In this document: in pieces, positions 20,066 through 29,554 of the stretch | Layout of the letters: every line of letters begins with the position of its first letter | Position numbering within the stretch: the stretch's first letter is position 1 | From: Verrucomicrobia bacterium UBA6053 | GTDB taxonomy: Bacteria; Verrucomicrobiota; Kiritimatiellia; SS1-B-03-39; UBA6053 | Direction: 5' to 3' | Length of the DNA stretch: 64,000 bases | NCBI GenBank assembly: GCA_002429065.1 | Contig: DIYN01000048.1 | Coordinates: forward strand, 21,727-85,726 | Made by a program: the position numbers and the translations under genes | The notes under the pieces: model-generated | Seen by the model: the letters and a program-made list of their open reading frames with translations, nothing else | Database searches by the model: none | What the model was told of the DNA's origin: nothing

Positions 20066-21142
20066 ATGAAGAAGAAATCTGAATCGTTGTTAAAACAGTT
20101 GCTCGAGTCGGTCAGCCCGTCCGGATATGAAGGTCCTGCTGCTGATATTTTCCGGGAGGAGGCCAGGGGGTTTGCCGATGAGGTGATCCGTGACCGTCAT
20201 GGAAATACGATGGCGAAAGTCGAGGGGTCAGATGGAGATCTGCGGGTGATGTTTGCCGGCCATTGCGATGAAATCGGATTTCTGGTCACGCATATCGATG
20301 CCAAAGGATTTCTCTGGATTGCCCCGATCGGGGGCTGGGACCCCCAGATCGCACAGGGACAACGTGTTCAGGTTCGCGGCCGAAACGGTGTCATCCCCGG
20401 TGTGATCGGCAAGAAGCCGATTCACCTGATGACTCCTGAGGACCGCCGGAATGTGGTACAGCTCAAGGATCTCTGGGTGGATATCGGGGCTGCGAGCAAG
20501 AAAGAGGCGGAAAAAGTGGTCGATGTCGGGGATCCCCTGGTGCTGGGCTACGGATATCAGAAACTCGCGGGTCATACCATTGCGGCCAGAGGAATGGACA
20601 ACCGGATCGGTTCTTTTGTGGTGCTGGAGGCCGCACGCAAAGTGGCCAAAGCCAAACAACAGGCTGCCGCCACGCTGTACAGTGTGGCCACGGTGCAGGA
20701 GGAAATCGGTCTCCGGGGGGCCACCACCTCCGCCTACGGGGTGGATGCCCAGGTGGGGATCGCGGTGGATGTTACGTTTGCCACCGATCATCCCTCACAG
20801 GGGGATGCCAAACGCCAGTTTAACGATTGTGAACTCGGCAAGGGGCCCGTTCTCACCCGGGGGCCCAATGCCCATCCCCGGCTCTTTGACCGGATTGTGA
20901 AAACCGCCAAAGCCCATAACATTCCATTGCAAATCAGTGCCGAAGGACGGGGAACCGGAACCGATGGAAATGCGATGCAGCTCAGTCGTGCCGGCATGGC
21001 GACAGCCATTCTCAGTATCCCCAACCGTTACATGCACAGCCCCTCTGAAATGGTGGACCTCCGGGATGTCGAGCATTGCATCGATCTCATGGCCCACGTG
21101 GTGCTGGAACTGGAAGCTGACGCCGATCTGACCCCCTTCTAG
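20066..21142 (+). CDS. M42 family metallo-aminopeptidase
   Basis: SPSGYE, AGHCDEIG, MDNRIG, VQEEIGLRGA, RYMHSPSE; GGAGG RBS. Confidence 0.92.
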   Translation: MKKKSESLLKQLLESVSPSGYEGPAADIFREEARGFADEVIRDRHGNTMAKVEGSDGDLRVMFAGHCDEIGFLVTHIDAKGFLWIAPIGGWDPQIAQGQRVQVRGRNGVIPGVIGKKPIHLMTPEDRRNVVQLKDLWVDIGAASKKEAEKVVDVGDPLVLGYGYQKLAGHTIAARGMDNRIGSFVVLEAARKVAKAKQQAAATLYSVATVQEEIGLRGATTSAYGVDAQVGIAVDVTFATDHPSQGDAKRQFNDCELGKGPVLTRGPNAHPRLFDRIVKTAKAHNIPLQISAEGRGTGTDGNAMQLSRAGMATAILSIPNRYMHSPSEMVDLRDVEHCIDLMAHVVLELEADADLTPF

Positions 21143-21146
21143 AGAG

Positions 21147-23225
21147 ATGAATAAGCATATTGATCCTGAATGGTTTCGGCAGCCGCTTGCAGGAGATGAG
21201 AATCCCTGGGTGCTGAAAACCCGCGATCCCTTTTCTCCCCATCACCGGGATGCCTGCATCGGCAACGGACTGGTGGGAACCCGGGTGACGGTTTGGGGGG
21301 ATGCCTCTGGGTATGCTCCCGGCTCCACCAGTTTTATGGCGGGACTGTGGGGGGAGGCGACAGACAACCCGGACCGACCCCAGGGATTGGTGGAACTGCC
21401 CCACTGGGCAACCCTGACCCTGTCCACCGGTGACCGGGAACTTCGTCGTTCGGCCCGTGAGATTTCGGACTATTCCCAGGAATTGAAGATCCGCACCGCG
21501 AACGTGGACACCCAATGGAGGGAGGTCGGTGTAGACGGTCCCCTCCACCAGACGCGAAGAATGTGGCTGGCTCGTGGTCACGCCCACATTGCGGTGCTGG
21601 AGGCTGGCTGTACGCTTGATCCGGAGGACTACCATGGCGGGCGGGTGTTTGCAGAAGAAACACTGGATTCTCTCCACAATGTCGGGGTGTCAAACGCGTC
21701 GACCTCCTTTGACGCGGGGGATGCGGTACTCAGCCTGGATCTTTCACCGTTTGGCCGGCGATTGGTGATCCGTTCCCGCCTTCTGATCGATGGGCAGGTG
21801 ACCCGGGAACAACAGCAGACCTCCGAGCGTGTTTTGCGTCGCAGGGTGTGGCTGAAAGGGGCCAAAGGGGCTTCGATCCAGGTGAAAAAAGTCGTGGCCA
21901 TTGTCTCGTCCAAACAGTATGCCGATCCGGATGCGGAGGCGAAGAAGCAGTTGGACGCCGCCTGTGAGGATCTTGACGCGGTGTGGGCGGGTCACACCGC
22001 GGCCTGGGACGATCTCTGGAAGGGGTATGTCGAGTGTGATCATCCCCGGCTGCAGCAACTGGCCAACCTTTCTCTGTTCTCTCTCTATAACACGCTTCGG
22101 GACGGACTCCGGGATTCACATGGTCCATGTGGTCTGTTTGGAAACGGATGGGACAACAATGTGTTCTGGGATACGGATCTGTGGACCCATCCCGCGCTGA
22201 CGCTCTTCCGTCCCGCGATTGGAAAATCCGTGGCCGCCTACCGGTATGACACCATTGGCGGGGCCCGTCGAAATGCGGAAGCGGAAGGCGAAGTAGGCGC
22301 GCGTTACAGTTGGCAGAGCGGGGATACCGGGGATGAGGCCTGTTCGATGCAGGTCTTCCGCGATGAACGGCATATCGTCAGCTGCGTCGCCATGGGACAG
22401 TGGCTGTATGCGGTGTCCGCCGGAGATACCGACTGGCTGCGCAACGAAGGACTCGACGTCTTCAAAGGCTGTGCGGAATACTGGGCTGGCAAAGCGGAGA
22501 AAGATCCCGACGGAAGCTATCACATCCGGCATGTCTGCGGATCCGACGAACACGCCGGGTATGTGGACGACAACGCCACCACCAACTGGGGGGCGACCTG
22601 GACCCTCCGCAAAGCCGCAGCCCTGATGCGGGATGCAGGCGAAACCCCACCGCCCGAATGGGAAGAAGTGGCCGAAGGCCTGGTGATCCTCATGGATGAG
22701 GACCGCAACATCCCCTTGCAGATGGAGCAGTGGCAGCATGGACAGGTGATCAAACAGGCCGACACCACCATGCTGGTTCATCCGTGGCACTATCCCATGG
22801 ACGATGACATGATTCAGCGGACTGTGGATTACTACCGCGAGCACTATCAGGATCAGCCGATCATGATGGGGTTCGCGATTGACGGAATTCTGGACTGCCG
22901 GCTTGGGCGGGAGGCCGAGGTGACCGACACGCTGGAACGGCTCCTGGCCTACTTCCGTCCGCCGTATCTGGTGAATACAGAAGCACCGACCAATGAACGG
23001 TTACTGTTTGTCACCGGACTGGGCGGATTTCTCCAGTTCCTTGCCATGGGCATGGCCGGACTCATGACCGATGAACCCGAGGCGCTCCGCAGTGGCTGGT
23101 CCTGCCTGCCGACCGGGGTGAACCGCCTGGTGCTGCACGGGGTCCATCATGGAGGCGTGCCTCATCAGGTAGAGGTTCTTCGCGCTGAGGATGGGGCCAC
23201 ATCGACCACGATTACGAAGGTCTAA
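21147..23225 (+). CDS. Glycoside hydrolase family 65-like protein
   Basis: IGNGLVG, VFWDTDLW, GSDEH (catalytic acid region), IKQAD. Confidence 0.82.
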   Translation: MNKHIDPEWFRQPLAGDENPWVLKTRDPFSPHHRDACIGNGLVGTRVTVWGDASGYAPGSTSFMAGLWGEATDNPDRPQGLVELPHWATLTLSTGDRELRRSAREISDYSQELKIRTANVDTQWREVGVDGPLHQTRRMWLARGHAHIAVLEAGCTLDPEDYHGGRVFAEETLDSLHNVGVSNASTSFDAGDAVLSLDLSPFGRRLVIRSRLLIDGQVTREQQQTSERVLRRRVWLKGAKGASIQVKKVVAIVSSKQYADPDAEAKKQLDAACEDLDAVWAGHTAAWDDLWKGYVECDHPRLQQLANLSLFSLYNTLRDGLRDSHGPCGLFGNGWDNNVFWDTDLWTHPALTLFRPAIGKSVAAYRYDTIGGARRNAEAEGEVGARYSWQSGDTGDEACSMQVFRDERHIVSCVAMGQWLYAVSAGDTDWLRNEGLDVFKGCAEYWAGKAEKDPDGSYHIRHVCGSDEHAGYVDDNATTNWGATWTLRKAAALMRDAGETPPPEWEEVAEGLVILMDEDRNIPLQMEQWQHGQVIKQADTTMLVHPWHYPMDDDMIQRTVDYYREHYQDQPIMMGFAIDGILDCRLGREAEVTDTLERLLAYFRPPYLVNTEAPTNERLLFVTGLGGFLQFLAMGMAGLMTDEPEALRSGWSCLPTGVNRLVLHGVHHGGVPHQVEVLRAEDGATSTTITKV

Positions 23226-23249
23226 TGGGGAGCGCGGGATCCGTCTTTC

Positions 23250-23741
23250 TCATGTCCTGTTTCGGATGTGAGAAATAATAAGAGACGGCAGTAAAAACAA
23301 CATGCAGACGCTGGCGATGTAGCACCCCGCAGTGATGGAATAGAGTGTGTCTGCCAAACTCATTGCCAGGTAGTTTCCTCCCCGTGCACCTTCAACCCCA
23401 ACGAAAGCGACGTGCGCGAAGGTTCGGATGATCCCCAGGGACAATCCGATCATCCCGAGAAGAAAGGCCCATGCGGAAAGCCAGATCAGCAGGGTTGTGG
23501 CCAGAGGACGAGACCCCCGGGTTGACCGGAGTGAGTTCACAATGGACGTGATTCCAAGTGGAAGACTGGCCAGACCGGCAAGCAGGATGCCTGACCAGTT
23601 CAGAATTCCCACATATCCACCCTCTTTCAACATGCTCAAAAAAGAGGGCTCTGGAAGATCCGCAACGATGACTTCCTGACTGAAACTGGTGACGGGCAAA
23701 AGGAGTGCCAGCAGCAGGACTCTGAATGCAGTCTTCTTCAT
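23250..23741 (-). CDS. Membrane protein, MotA/TolQ/ExbB-like
   Basis: Signal peptide-like start, EGG, LLGMIGLSLGIIRTF...LAMSLADTL pattern. Confidence 0.5.
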   Translation of the reverse strand: MKKTAFRVLLLALLLPVTSFSQEVIVADLPEPSFLSMLKEGGYVGILNWSGILLAGLASLPLGITSIVNSLRSTRGSRPLATTLLIWLSAWAFLLGMIGLSLGIIRTFAHVAFVGVEGARGGNYLAMSLADTLYSITAGCYIASVCMLFLLPSLIISHIRNRT

Positions 23742-24007
23742 GAAGCGTCATTTTGTTCCGGATCCTTCCCCCACCGCCAGGAAGGTTTTTCGCCTTTGAG
23801 CCAGCAGATGACGATGAGGAGCACGGTCAGCAGGATCACACTGGTGTAGTAGAGGGCAGGGTACCCTACCGGATTCCAGACAATGGCAATGAGGGTAATG
23901 CCCAGGATGTAGCCCAGGAGGACAACCCATCCCTGCCAGGTGCAGGGGATCCCCCAGCCCCATCCGTAGGTCTTTGCCGGAAACCAATAAGCAGGTTTTG
24001 TATTCAT
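23738..24007 (-). CDS. Small conserved-looking membrane protein
   Basis: YWFPAKTYGWGWGIPCTWQGW, two TMs, KGEKPSWRWG; overlaps the next gene by 4 nt. Confidence 0.75.
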   Translation of the reverse strand: MNTKPAYWFPAKTYGWGWGIPCTWQGWVVLLGYILGITLIAIVWNPVGYPALYYTSVILLTVLLIVICWLKGEKPSWRWGKDPEQNDAS

Positions 24008-24197
24008 GGATGTATCAAACCATGTCCAGGGGGCTTCCACAATTACAAACAGGACAGGGCCTTGTAAGGGGAGGACTTTGCTGAATCGATAACGATACCG
24101 ATTTTGATAGGGACCGTTTTTGTGGTCTTTGTGTGCTTTCCATGAGACCATCCCACCTGCGTCTTGACCCGCAGGGGATTAACGGGCATGAGGAGGC

Positions 24198-25130
24198 GTG
24201 CTGCGAACCCTGTTTCATCGTCTGTTTCTCCAAGCCCTGCCTACACTGTTTGTCCTCTCGGCATTGAGCTTCCTGCTGGTTCGGCTCGCTCCAGGCAGCC
24301 CGTTTGCCAGTGAGAAAGAACAGTCCCAGCAGACCCTCGATACACTGAATGCCACCTACGGGCTGGATCAGCCGATTCCGGTTCAGTACCTCCGGTATAT
24401 GGGCGGGCTGGTCCGCGGGGATTTGGGACCGAGTCTGGTGAAACCTGGACGGACAGTGTTTGAGTTGATCCAAACGGCCCTTCCGGTTTCCATACAGCTT
24501 GGGTTCCTCGCGCTGATCTTCGCAATCAGTGTCGGGATTCCCATGGGGGTATTTGCGGCCGTGAATCATAATCGATGGGGCGATTATCTGTGTATGGGAC
24601 TGGCGCTGATCGGGGTCTGTATTCCGGGATTTGTGCTGGGCCCCCTGCTTTCACTGCAATTCGGACTGAACTGGGGCTGGTTTCCCGTGATTGGCTGGGA
24701 GGAGCCCATAGACCGGGTGCTGCCGACAATCTCTCTCGGGTCGATTTATGCCGCGTATATCGCCCGACTCGCCCGAGGAGGGATGCTGGAGGAGCTTGGA
24801 AAGGATTACATCCGAACGGCCCGTTCCAAGGGGCTGTCTGAATGGAAGGTGGTATGGAAGCATGCGCTCCGGGGTGGCATCCAGCCGGTGATCACCTTTC
24901 TCGGACCTGCCGCCGCCGGGTTGCTCACCGGTGCATTTGTGGTGGAGAGTATTTTTGAGATTCCGGGCATGGGAGAGGTGATTGTCGGGGCGGCCACCGA
25001 GAGGGATCTCTTTCTGGTGATGGGGAGTGTGATGTTGTTCGGTTCGGTGCTGATCCTGTTTAACACCATTGCCGACCTTTTGCTGGCCTGGCTGAATCCG
25101 CGGATTCGACTTCACAAGGAGTCGAAATGA
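24198..25130 (+). CDS. oppB: Oligopeptide ABC permease
   Basis: LAPGSPF, YGLDQP..VQY, DYIRTARSKGL, VVESIFEIPGMG. Confidence 0.93.
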   Translation: MLRTLFHRLFLQALPTLFVLSALSFLLVRLAPGSPFASEKEQSQQTLDTLNATYGLDQPIPVQYLRYMGGLVRGDLGPSLVKPGRTVFELIQTALPVSIQLGFLALIFAISVGIPMGVFAAVNHNRWGDYLCMGLALIGVCIPGFVLGPLLSLQFGLNWGWFPVIGWEEPIDRVLPTISLGSIYAAYIARLARGGMLEELGKDYIRTARSKGLSEWKVVWKHALRGGIQPVITFLGPAAAGLLTGAFVVESIFEIPGMGEVIVGAATERDLFLVMGSVMLFGSVLILFNTIADLLLAWLNPRIRLHKESK

Positions 25131-26902
25131 TTCTGGAAAAAGGAACCTCTCTCGGGCGGGATGCCTGGCGGAGGCTGTTGCACAACAAAGCGGCCACTGC
25201 AGGCCTGATTCTGTTGATGGCCATGATCCTGATCTGTGTGATTGGCCCCTGGATCTCTCCGTACACTCAGGAGGAAATGAACTGGGATGCGATCAATGCT
25301 CCACCCAGCGTGAAGCACTGGATGGGTACGGACGCCACTGGACGGGATCTGCTGACCCGGACCATGCACGGGGGACGCATTTCTTTTTCTGTGGCGCTTG
25401 CCGCCACCATGGTCTCCCTTCTGATCGGGGTGGCCTACGGAGGAATCAGCGGGTACCGGGGCGGGAAAACCGATGCGGTGATGATGCGGGTCGTCGATGT
25501 TCTTTACGGGCTTCCCTTTACTCTGCTGGTCATTCTCTTGGTGTCGATTTTTGAGAAGAGCCTGATGCTTCTTTTTATCGCCATCGGCGCAGTGGAATGG
25601 CTGACCATGGCCCGGATTGTCCGGGGAGAAGTGCTGGGCCTTTGCCGGCAGGAGTTTGTCGAAGCCTGCCGTGTGTTGGGGTACAGCAACCTGCGGATCC
25701 TGTTCCGGCATATTATTCCCAATGTGCTGGGGACGATCATCATTTACATCACGCTGACCATCCCCAGTATCATGCTGCTGGAGGCCTTTCTGAGCTTTCT
25801 GGGACTCGGGGTTCAGGCTCCCATGGCCTCCTGGGGGAGTTTGATCAAGGAGGGCGCCTTTGCCATGGAGGACATGCCCTGGCAGATGATTGTGCCCGGT
25901 TCCGCCCTTTTCTTCACCCTGCTGGCCCTTAACTTTTTAGGAGACGGCCTCCGGGATGCTCTGGATCCCCGCCGTATTTCCCACGCATCGACCACACCGC
26001 CTCCCGAACATTCCGACTCTGAGCCCGGCCCTGCAGCTGTGGCAGGTTCGGAGGAAACGGGCAGCCTCCTCACCGTTCGGAACCTCAATGTCACGTTTCC
26101 TCAACGCCAGGGAATTCTGCGTGCCGTTCAGAACGTGGGGTTTGTACTGAATCAGGGAGAAGCTCTGGGAATCGTTGGCGAGAGCGGAAGCGGAAAATCC
26201 GTGACGGTCTCTTCTCTGATGGGCCTGGTTCCCTCTCCGCCTGCCACGATCTCGGGGTCCGCGGTGTTCCGGGAATCGGAACTGATCGGGGCCTCCGCTT
26301 CCGATCTCCGGAAGATCCGCGGGGACAAGATCAGCATGATCTTTCAGGACCCCATGACCTCCCTCAATCCGCATCAGCGGGTGGTGGACCAGGTGGCGGA
26401 ACCCTTGCGGATTCACCGGGGGGTGGGAAAGGCCGCGGCGAGGAAACGTGCAGTGGAAGTCCTGGAGGAAGTCGGGATCCGTGATGCGGCCAAACGTGCG
26501 ATGTCCTGGCCGCATGAATTTTCCGGTGGGATGCGGCAGCGGGTGATGATTGCAATGGCCATGATTACCGAACCGGATCTGCTGATCGCCGATGAACCCA
26601 CCACCGCACTCGATGTGACCGTTCAGCGTCAGATTCTTGAACTGATTGCCCGCATGCGCAAGGACCACGGGACGGCGGTGCTGTTTATCAGTCATGACCT
26701 CGCCGTGGTATCAGCGGTGTGTGACCGGATTGCGGTGATGAAAGACGGTGTGATGGTGGAACAGGGGACCGCAGAGGACGTGATGGAGCGTCCACAGCAC
26801 GCCTACACCCACGCATTGCTCAACTGTCATCCCGGACTTCATGAACCCGGAAGCCGGCTGATGACATTGGATCAGATGGCGGAAACGGGAGGTCGACTCT
26901 GA
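25127..26902 (+). CDS. Fused oligopeptide ABC permease (OppC) and ATPase (OppD)
   Basis: HWMGTDATGRDL and EAFLSFLGLG, then GESGSGKS, FSGGMRQR and ADEPTTALD in one frame. Confidence 0.92.
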   Translation: MILEKGTSLGRDAWRRLLHNKAATAGLILLMAMILICVIGPWISPYTQEEMNWDAINAPPSVKHWMGTDATGRDLLTRTMHGGRISFSVALAATMVSLLIGVAYGGISGYRGGKTDAVMMRVVDVLYGLPFTLLVILLVSIFEKSLMLLFIAIGAVEWLTMARIVRGEVLGLCRQEFVEACRVLGYSNLRILFRHIIPNVLGTIIIYITLTIPSIMLLEAFLSFLGLGVQAPMASWGSLIKEGAFAMEDMPWQMIVPGSALFFTLLALNFLGDGLRDALDPRRISHASTTPPPEHSDSEPGPAAVAGSEETGSLLTVRNLNVTFPQRQGILRAVQNVGFVLNQGEALGIVGESGSGKSVTVSSLMGLVPSPPATISGSAVFRESELIGASASDLRKIRGDKISMIFQDPMTSLNPHQRVVDQVAEPLRIHRGVGKAAARKRAVEVLEEVGIRDAAKRAMSWPHEFSGGMRQRVMIAMAMITEPDLLIADEPTTALDVTVQRQILELIARMRKDHGTAVLFISHDLAVVSAVCDRIAVMKDGVMVEQGTAEDVMERPQHAYTHALLNCHPGLHEPGSRLMTLDQMAETGGRL

Positions 26903-27660
26903 TGACCATGACCCCGACACTTGAGGTTCAGGACCTCCGGGTCACATTCCCGGTCAAACACGGGGAGCCTGTGAAGGCCGTTGACGGAGTTTCACTTACC
27001 ATTCCTCCCAATGAAACGCTGGGATTGGTTGGAGAATCCGGCTGCGGGAAAACCACGCTTTCCCGTGCAATTCTGGGGCTGATCTCTTTTGAAGGGGAGG
27101 TGTTTCTGGATGGAACCCCCCTGGACTGGAAGCAGGATGAAAAACGTCTCCGCAAGCAGGTGCAGCTGATTTTTCAGGATCCGTTTGCCTCGCTGAATCC
27201 CCGCATGACGGTGGATCAATGTCTGCAGGAGCCCCTGTGGGTGCATGAGCGCTGTCCCCGTGAGGAACGCGTGATACGGGTGAACCAACTGCTGGATCAG
27301 GTGGGGCTGACCCAGGCCGCGAAAGGAAAATATCCCCATGAGTTTTCCGGTGGGCAGCGTCAGAGGGTGGCGATTGCGCGTGCGTTGATTCTGGAACCGG
27401 AATTTGTCATCGCGGATGAACCGGTCTCGGCACTGGATGTCTCCATCCAGGCCCAGATTTTGAATTTACTTCAGGATCTCCGGGAACAGATGGGGCTGAC
27501 CATGCTGTTTATCTCACATGACCTGGCGGTTGTGCGCCATGTGGCGGGCTGCGTCGCAGTCATGAACAAAGGGCAGATTGTGGAGCAGGGGCCATGTGCG
27601 AAGGTGCTGGAAACCCCGGAGCATCCTTATACGCAGACCCTGTTGGATGCGGCGTTTTGA
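26902..27660 (+). CDS. oppF: Oligopeptide ABC ATPase (OppF-like)
   Basis: GESGCGKT, YPHEFSGGQRQR, ADEPVSALD. Confidence 0.88.
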   Translation: MTMTPTLEVQDLRVTFPVKHGEPVKAVDGVSLTIPPNETLGLVGESGCGKTTLSRAILGLISFEGEVFLDGTPLDWKQDEKRLRKQVQLIFQDPFASLNPRMTVDQCLQEPLWVHERCPREERVIRVNQLLDQVGLTQAAKGKYPHEFSGGQRQRVAIARALILEPEFVIADEPVSALDVSIQAQILNLLQDLREQMGLTMLFISHDLAVVRHVAGCVAVMNKGQIVEQGPCAKVLETPEHPYTQTLLDAAF

Positions 27661-27665
27661 ATACG

Positions 27666-27764
27666 GAACACTCAACATCGAACACTCAACATCCAACGTC
27701 CAGCGTATGAATGACCACTTGGATGTTGGACGTTGAATGTTGGCTGTTGGATGTTGGATGTTGG
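27666..27764. repeat. Palindromic element of 7-bp units (CAACATC-like arm / TTGGATG-like arm)
   Basis: About 5.5 units at 27666-27704 and about 6.5 complementary units at 27719-27764, between convergent genes. Confidence 0.88.
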
Positions 27765-27780
27765 GCTAGGCGGCGTAGGA

Positions 27781-28056
27781 TTATCCTCCCGCAATCGGAG
27801 GCAGAATCAGAATTTCGTCGCGGGGCCCCAGTTCCGTTTGAAGACCCTCCAGAGTGGCGATGTCTTCTTCTCCAACAAAAACCCGGGCAAAGCTGCGGAG
27901 ATCTCCGTTTTCTTCGAAGAGAGAGGGTTTTAATTCCGGGTGTGTGTCACACAGGGAAGTGAGCGCCTCCCCCACGGTGGATGCGTCCGTTTTCCATTCA
28001 GGAACGGGGTTGGGTAGGTGACGGCGAAGAGCGGCGGGGATCAGGATGGTGGGCAT
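27781..28056 (-). CDS. MoaD/ThiS family ubiquitin-like sulfur carrier
   Basis: 91 aa; IPAALR, TVGEAL, C-terminal PPIAGG. Confidence 0.92.
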   Translation of the reverse strand: MPTILIPAALRRHLPNPVPEWKTDASTVGEALTSLCDTHPELKPSLFEENGDLRSFARVFVGEEDIATLEGLQTELGPRDEILILPPIAGG

Positions 28057-28064
28057 ATTGAAGA

Positions 28065-28193
28065 AGAGGTCAGAGGTTAGAGGTCAGAAGTGAATGCAGG
28101 GGTGGGACATGTCCTGCGGTCAACTGTGCATCGAGAAGGGCGCTCCGGTTTCGGTATTTTCGTGAAAACATCATATTCAGACCTCTGACCTCT
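28065..28193. repeat. Short palindromic 7-bp-unit element (AGAGGTC arm / GACCTCT arm)
   Basis: AGAGGTC-AGAGGTT-AGAGGTC at 28065-28085 and GACCTCT x2 at 28180-28193. Confidence 0.65.
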
Positions 28194-28908
28194 CTTTTCT
28201 GACCGCTCCTATGGGCAACCGATGAAACCGCATGGCCATGAGGTCACAGCGGAGCAGGGTGTTGGTGAGGAGGGACCCGATGCCGGTGAAATACTTGATG
28301 GCTTCAAAGGCGGCCATGCAGGCGATGGTGCCGGAGACGGCTCCGAACACCGGGAATTCCCGTTTCCAACTGGGGGGCGGTTCCGGCCAGAGATCACGGA
28401 GACAGCCGGTGATTCCGGGGACAAAGGTGGTCAGGTAGGCTTCCCCGTCAAACATGGCATTTTCCACCATGGGTTTTCCCTGCCGGCGTGCGGCATCGTT
28501 CATGGCGTAACGCTCCGGAAAGAGGGGGGCACAGTCGATGACCAGATCCACGTTGGAGACCAGGTCCTCTGCGTTGTCGTCGGAGACGTTCTCAGGAATT
28601 CCCTCGACCTCAATGAGTGGATTCAATTCCTGCAGCCGGCGGCATATGGACTCAATGCGGGGTTTTCCAAGGTGATCATGGGTCATCAGCAGCTGGCGGT
28701 TGAGATCACTGGGTTTGACATTCCCGCCGTGGGCCACCACGAGTTTACCGATCCCGGCCGCTGCGAGTTCATATGCCACCACCGAACCCACACCCCCGCC
28801 TCTGGAGATCAGGACCCGTGCGTTCTTGAGTTTTTCCTGGCCTTCCTCTCCTACACCCTCCGTCCACATTTGCCATTCATAGCGTTTCTGTTCAAAATCA
28901 GTCAACAT
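28177..28908 (-). CDS. HesA/MoeB/ThiF family E1-like adenylyltransferase (HesA-type)
   Basis: RYEWQM...GQEKLK, GGGVGS, SDLNRQ; AHGG in place of the usual DxD; no paired CxxC. Confidence 0.88.
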   Translation of the reverse strand: MLTDFEQKRYEWQMWTEGVGEEGQEKLKNARVLISRGGGVGSVVAYELAAAGIGKLVVAHGGNVKPSDLNRQLLMTHDHLGKPRIESICRRLQELNPLIEVEGIPENVSDDNAEDLVSNVDLVIDCAPLFPERYAMNDAARRQGKPMVENAMFDGEAYLTTFVPGITGCLRDLWPEPPPSWKREFPVFGAVSGTIACMAAFEAIKYFTGIGSLLTNTLLRCDLMAMRFHRLPIGAVRKERSEV

Positions 28909-29554
28909 GGTGGGTCTCCTCAGACTGCAGGGTGCCGTCCGTCAGTTCGATTCGTTGCGTCGCCAGCCGGTCGGCCTCCCGACGGCTGTGGGTAATATGA
29001 AAAAGAGTCAGGTCTTCACTTTCCTGCAAGGACTTGAGCAGGTTCATTAAATCGTCATGCGTGTCCTCGTCCAGTGCGGACAAAGGTTCATCCAGGCAGA
29101 GGATGGAAGGTCGTACCGCCAGGGCACGTCCCAGCGCAACCCTCTGGGATTCTCCTCCGCTGAGAAATTGCGGGGTGCGGTCCAGTAGGTGTTGAATACC
29201 CAGCCGTTCGGACAGTTCCGCCACCCGCTGCCGGATGTCCTCCTTTTTCCACTTTTGGATTTTCGGTGCGAAGCCGAGTTGTTCCGCCACGGTCATGCGG
29301 GGAAAGAGGACGTGGTCCTGGGGGACGTAGCCGATGGACCGGGCGCCGGGTGGGAGACGGGTCACGTCCTCTCCGCGCAGGATCACATTGCCGGAAGCCG
29401 CCTTGCGAAGTCCGCAGAACAATTCCAGCAACGTGGTTTTGCCGCAGCCGGTTTTCCCCATCAGCACGGCATAGGCCCCAGTGGGGACATGCAGGTTGAT
29501 GTCTTCCAGCCGGAAGGCTCCCTGCTGGATGACGATGTTCTCCAGCGCCATCAT
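28898..29554 (-). CDS. Molybdate/tungstate-type ABC ATPase
   Basis: GKTGCGKT, GYVPQD.LFP, LSGGESQR, LDEP. Confidence 0.88.
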   Translation of the reverse strand: MMALENIVIQQGAFRLEDINLHVPTGAYAVLMGKTGCGKTTLLELFCGLRKAASGNVILRGEDVTRLPPGARSIGYVPQDHVLFPRMTVAEQLGFAPKIQKWKKEDIRQRVAELSERLGIQHLLDRTPQFLSGGESQRVALGRALAVRPSILCLDEPLSALDEDTHDDLMNLLKSLQESEDLTLFHITHSRREADRLATQRIELTDGTLQSEETHHVD

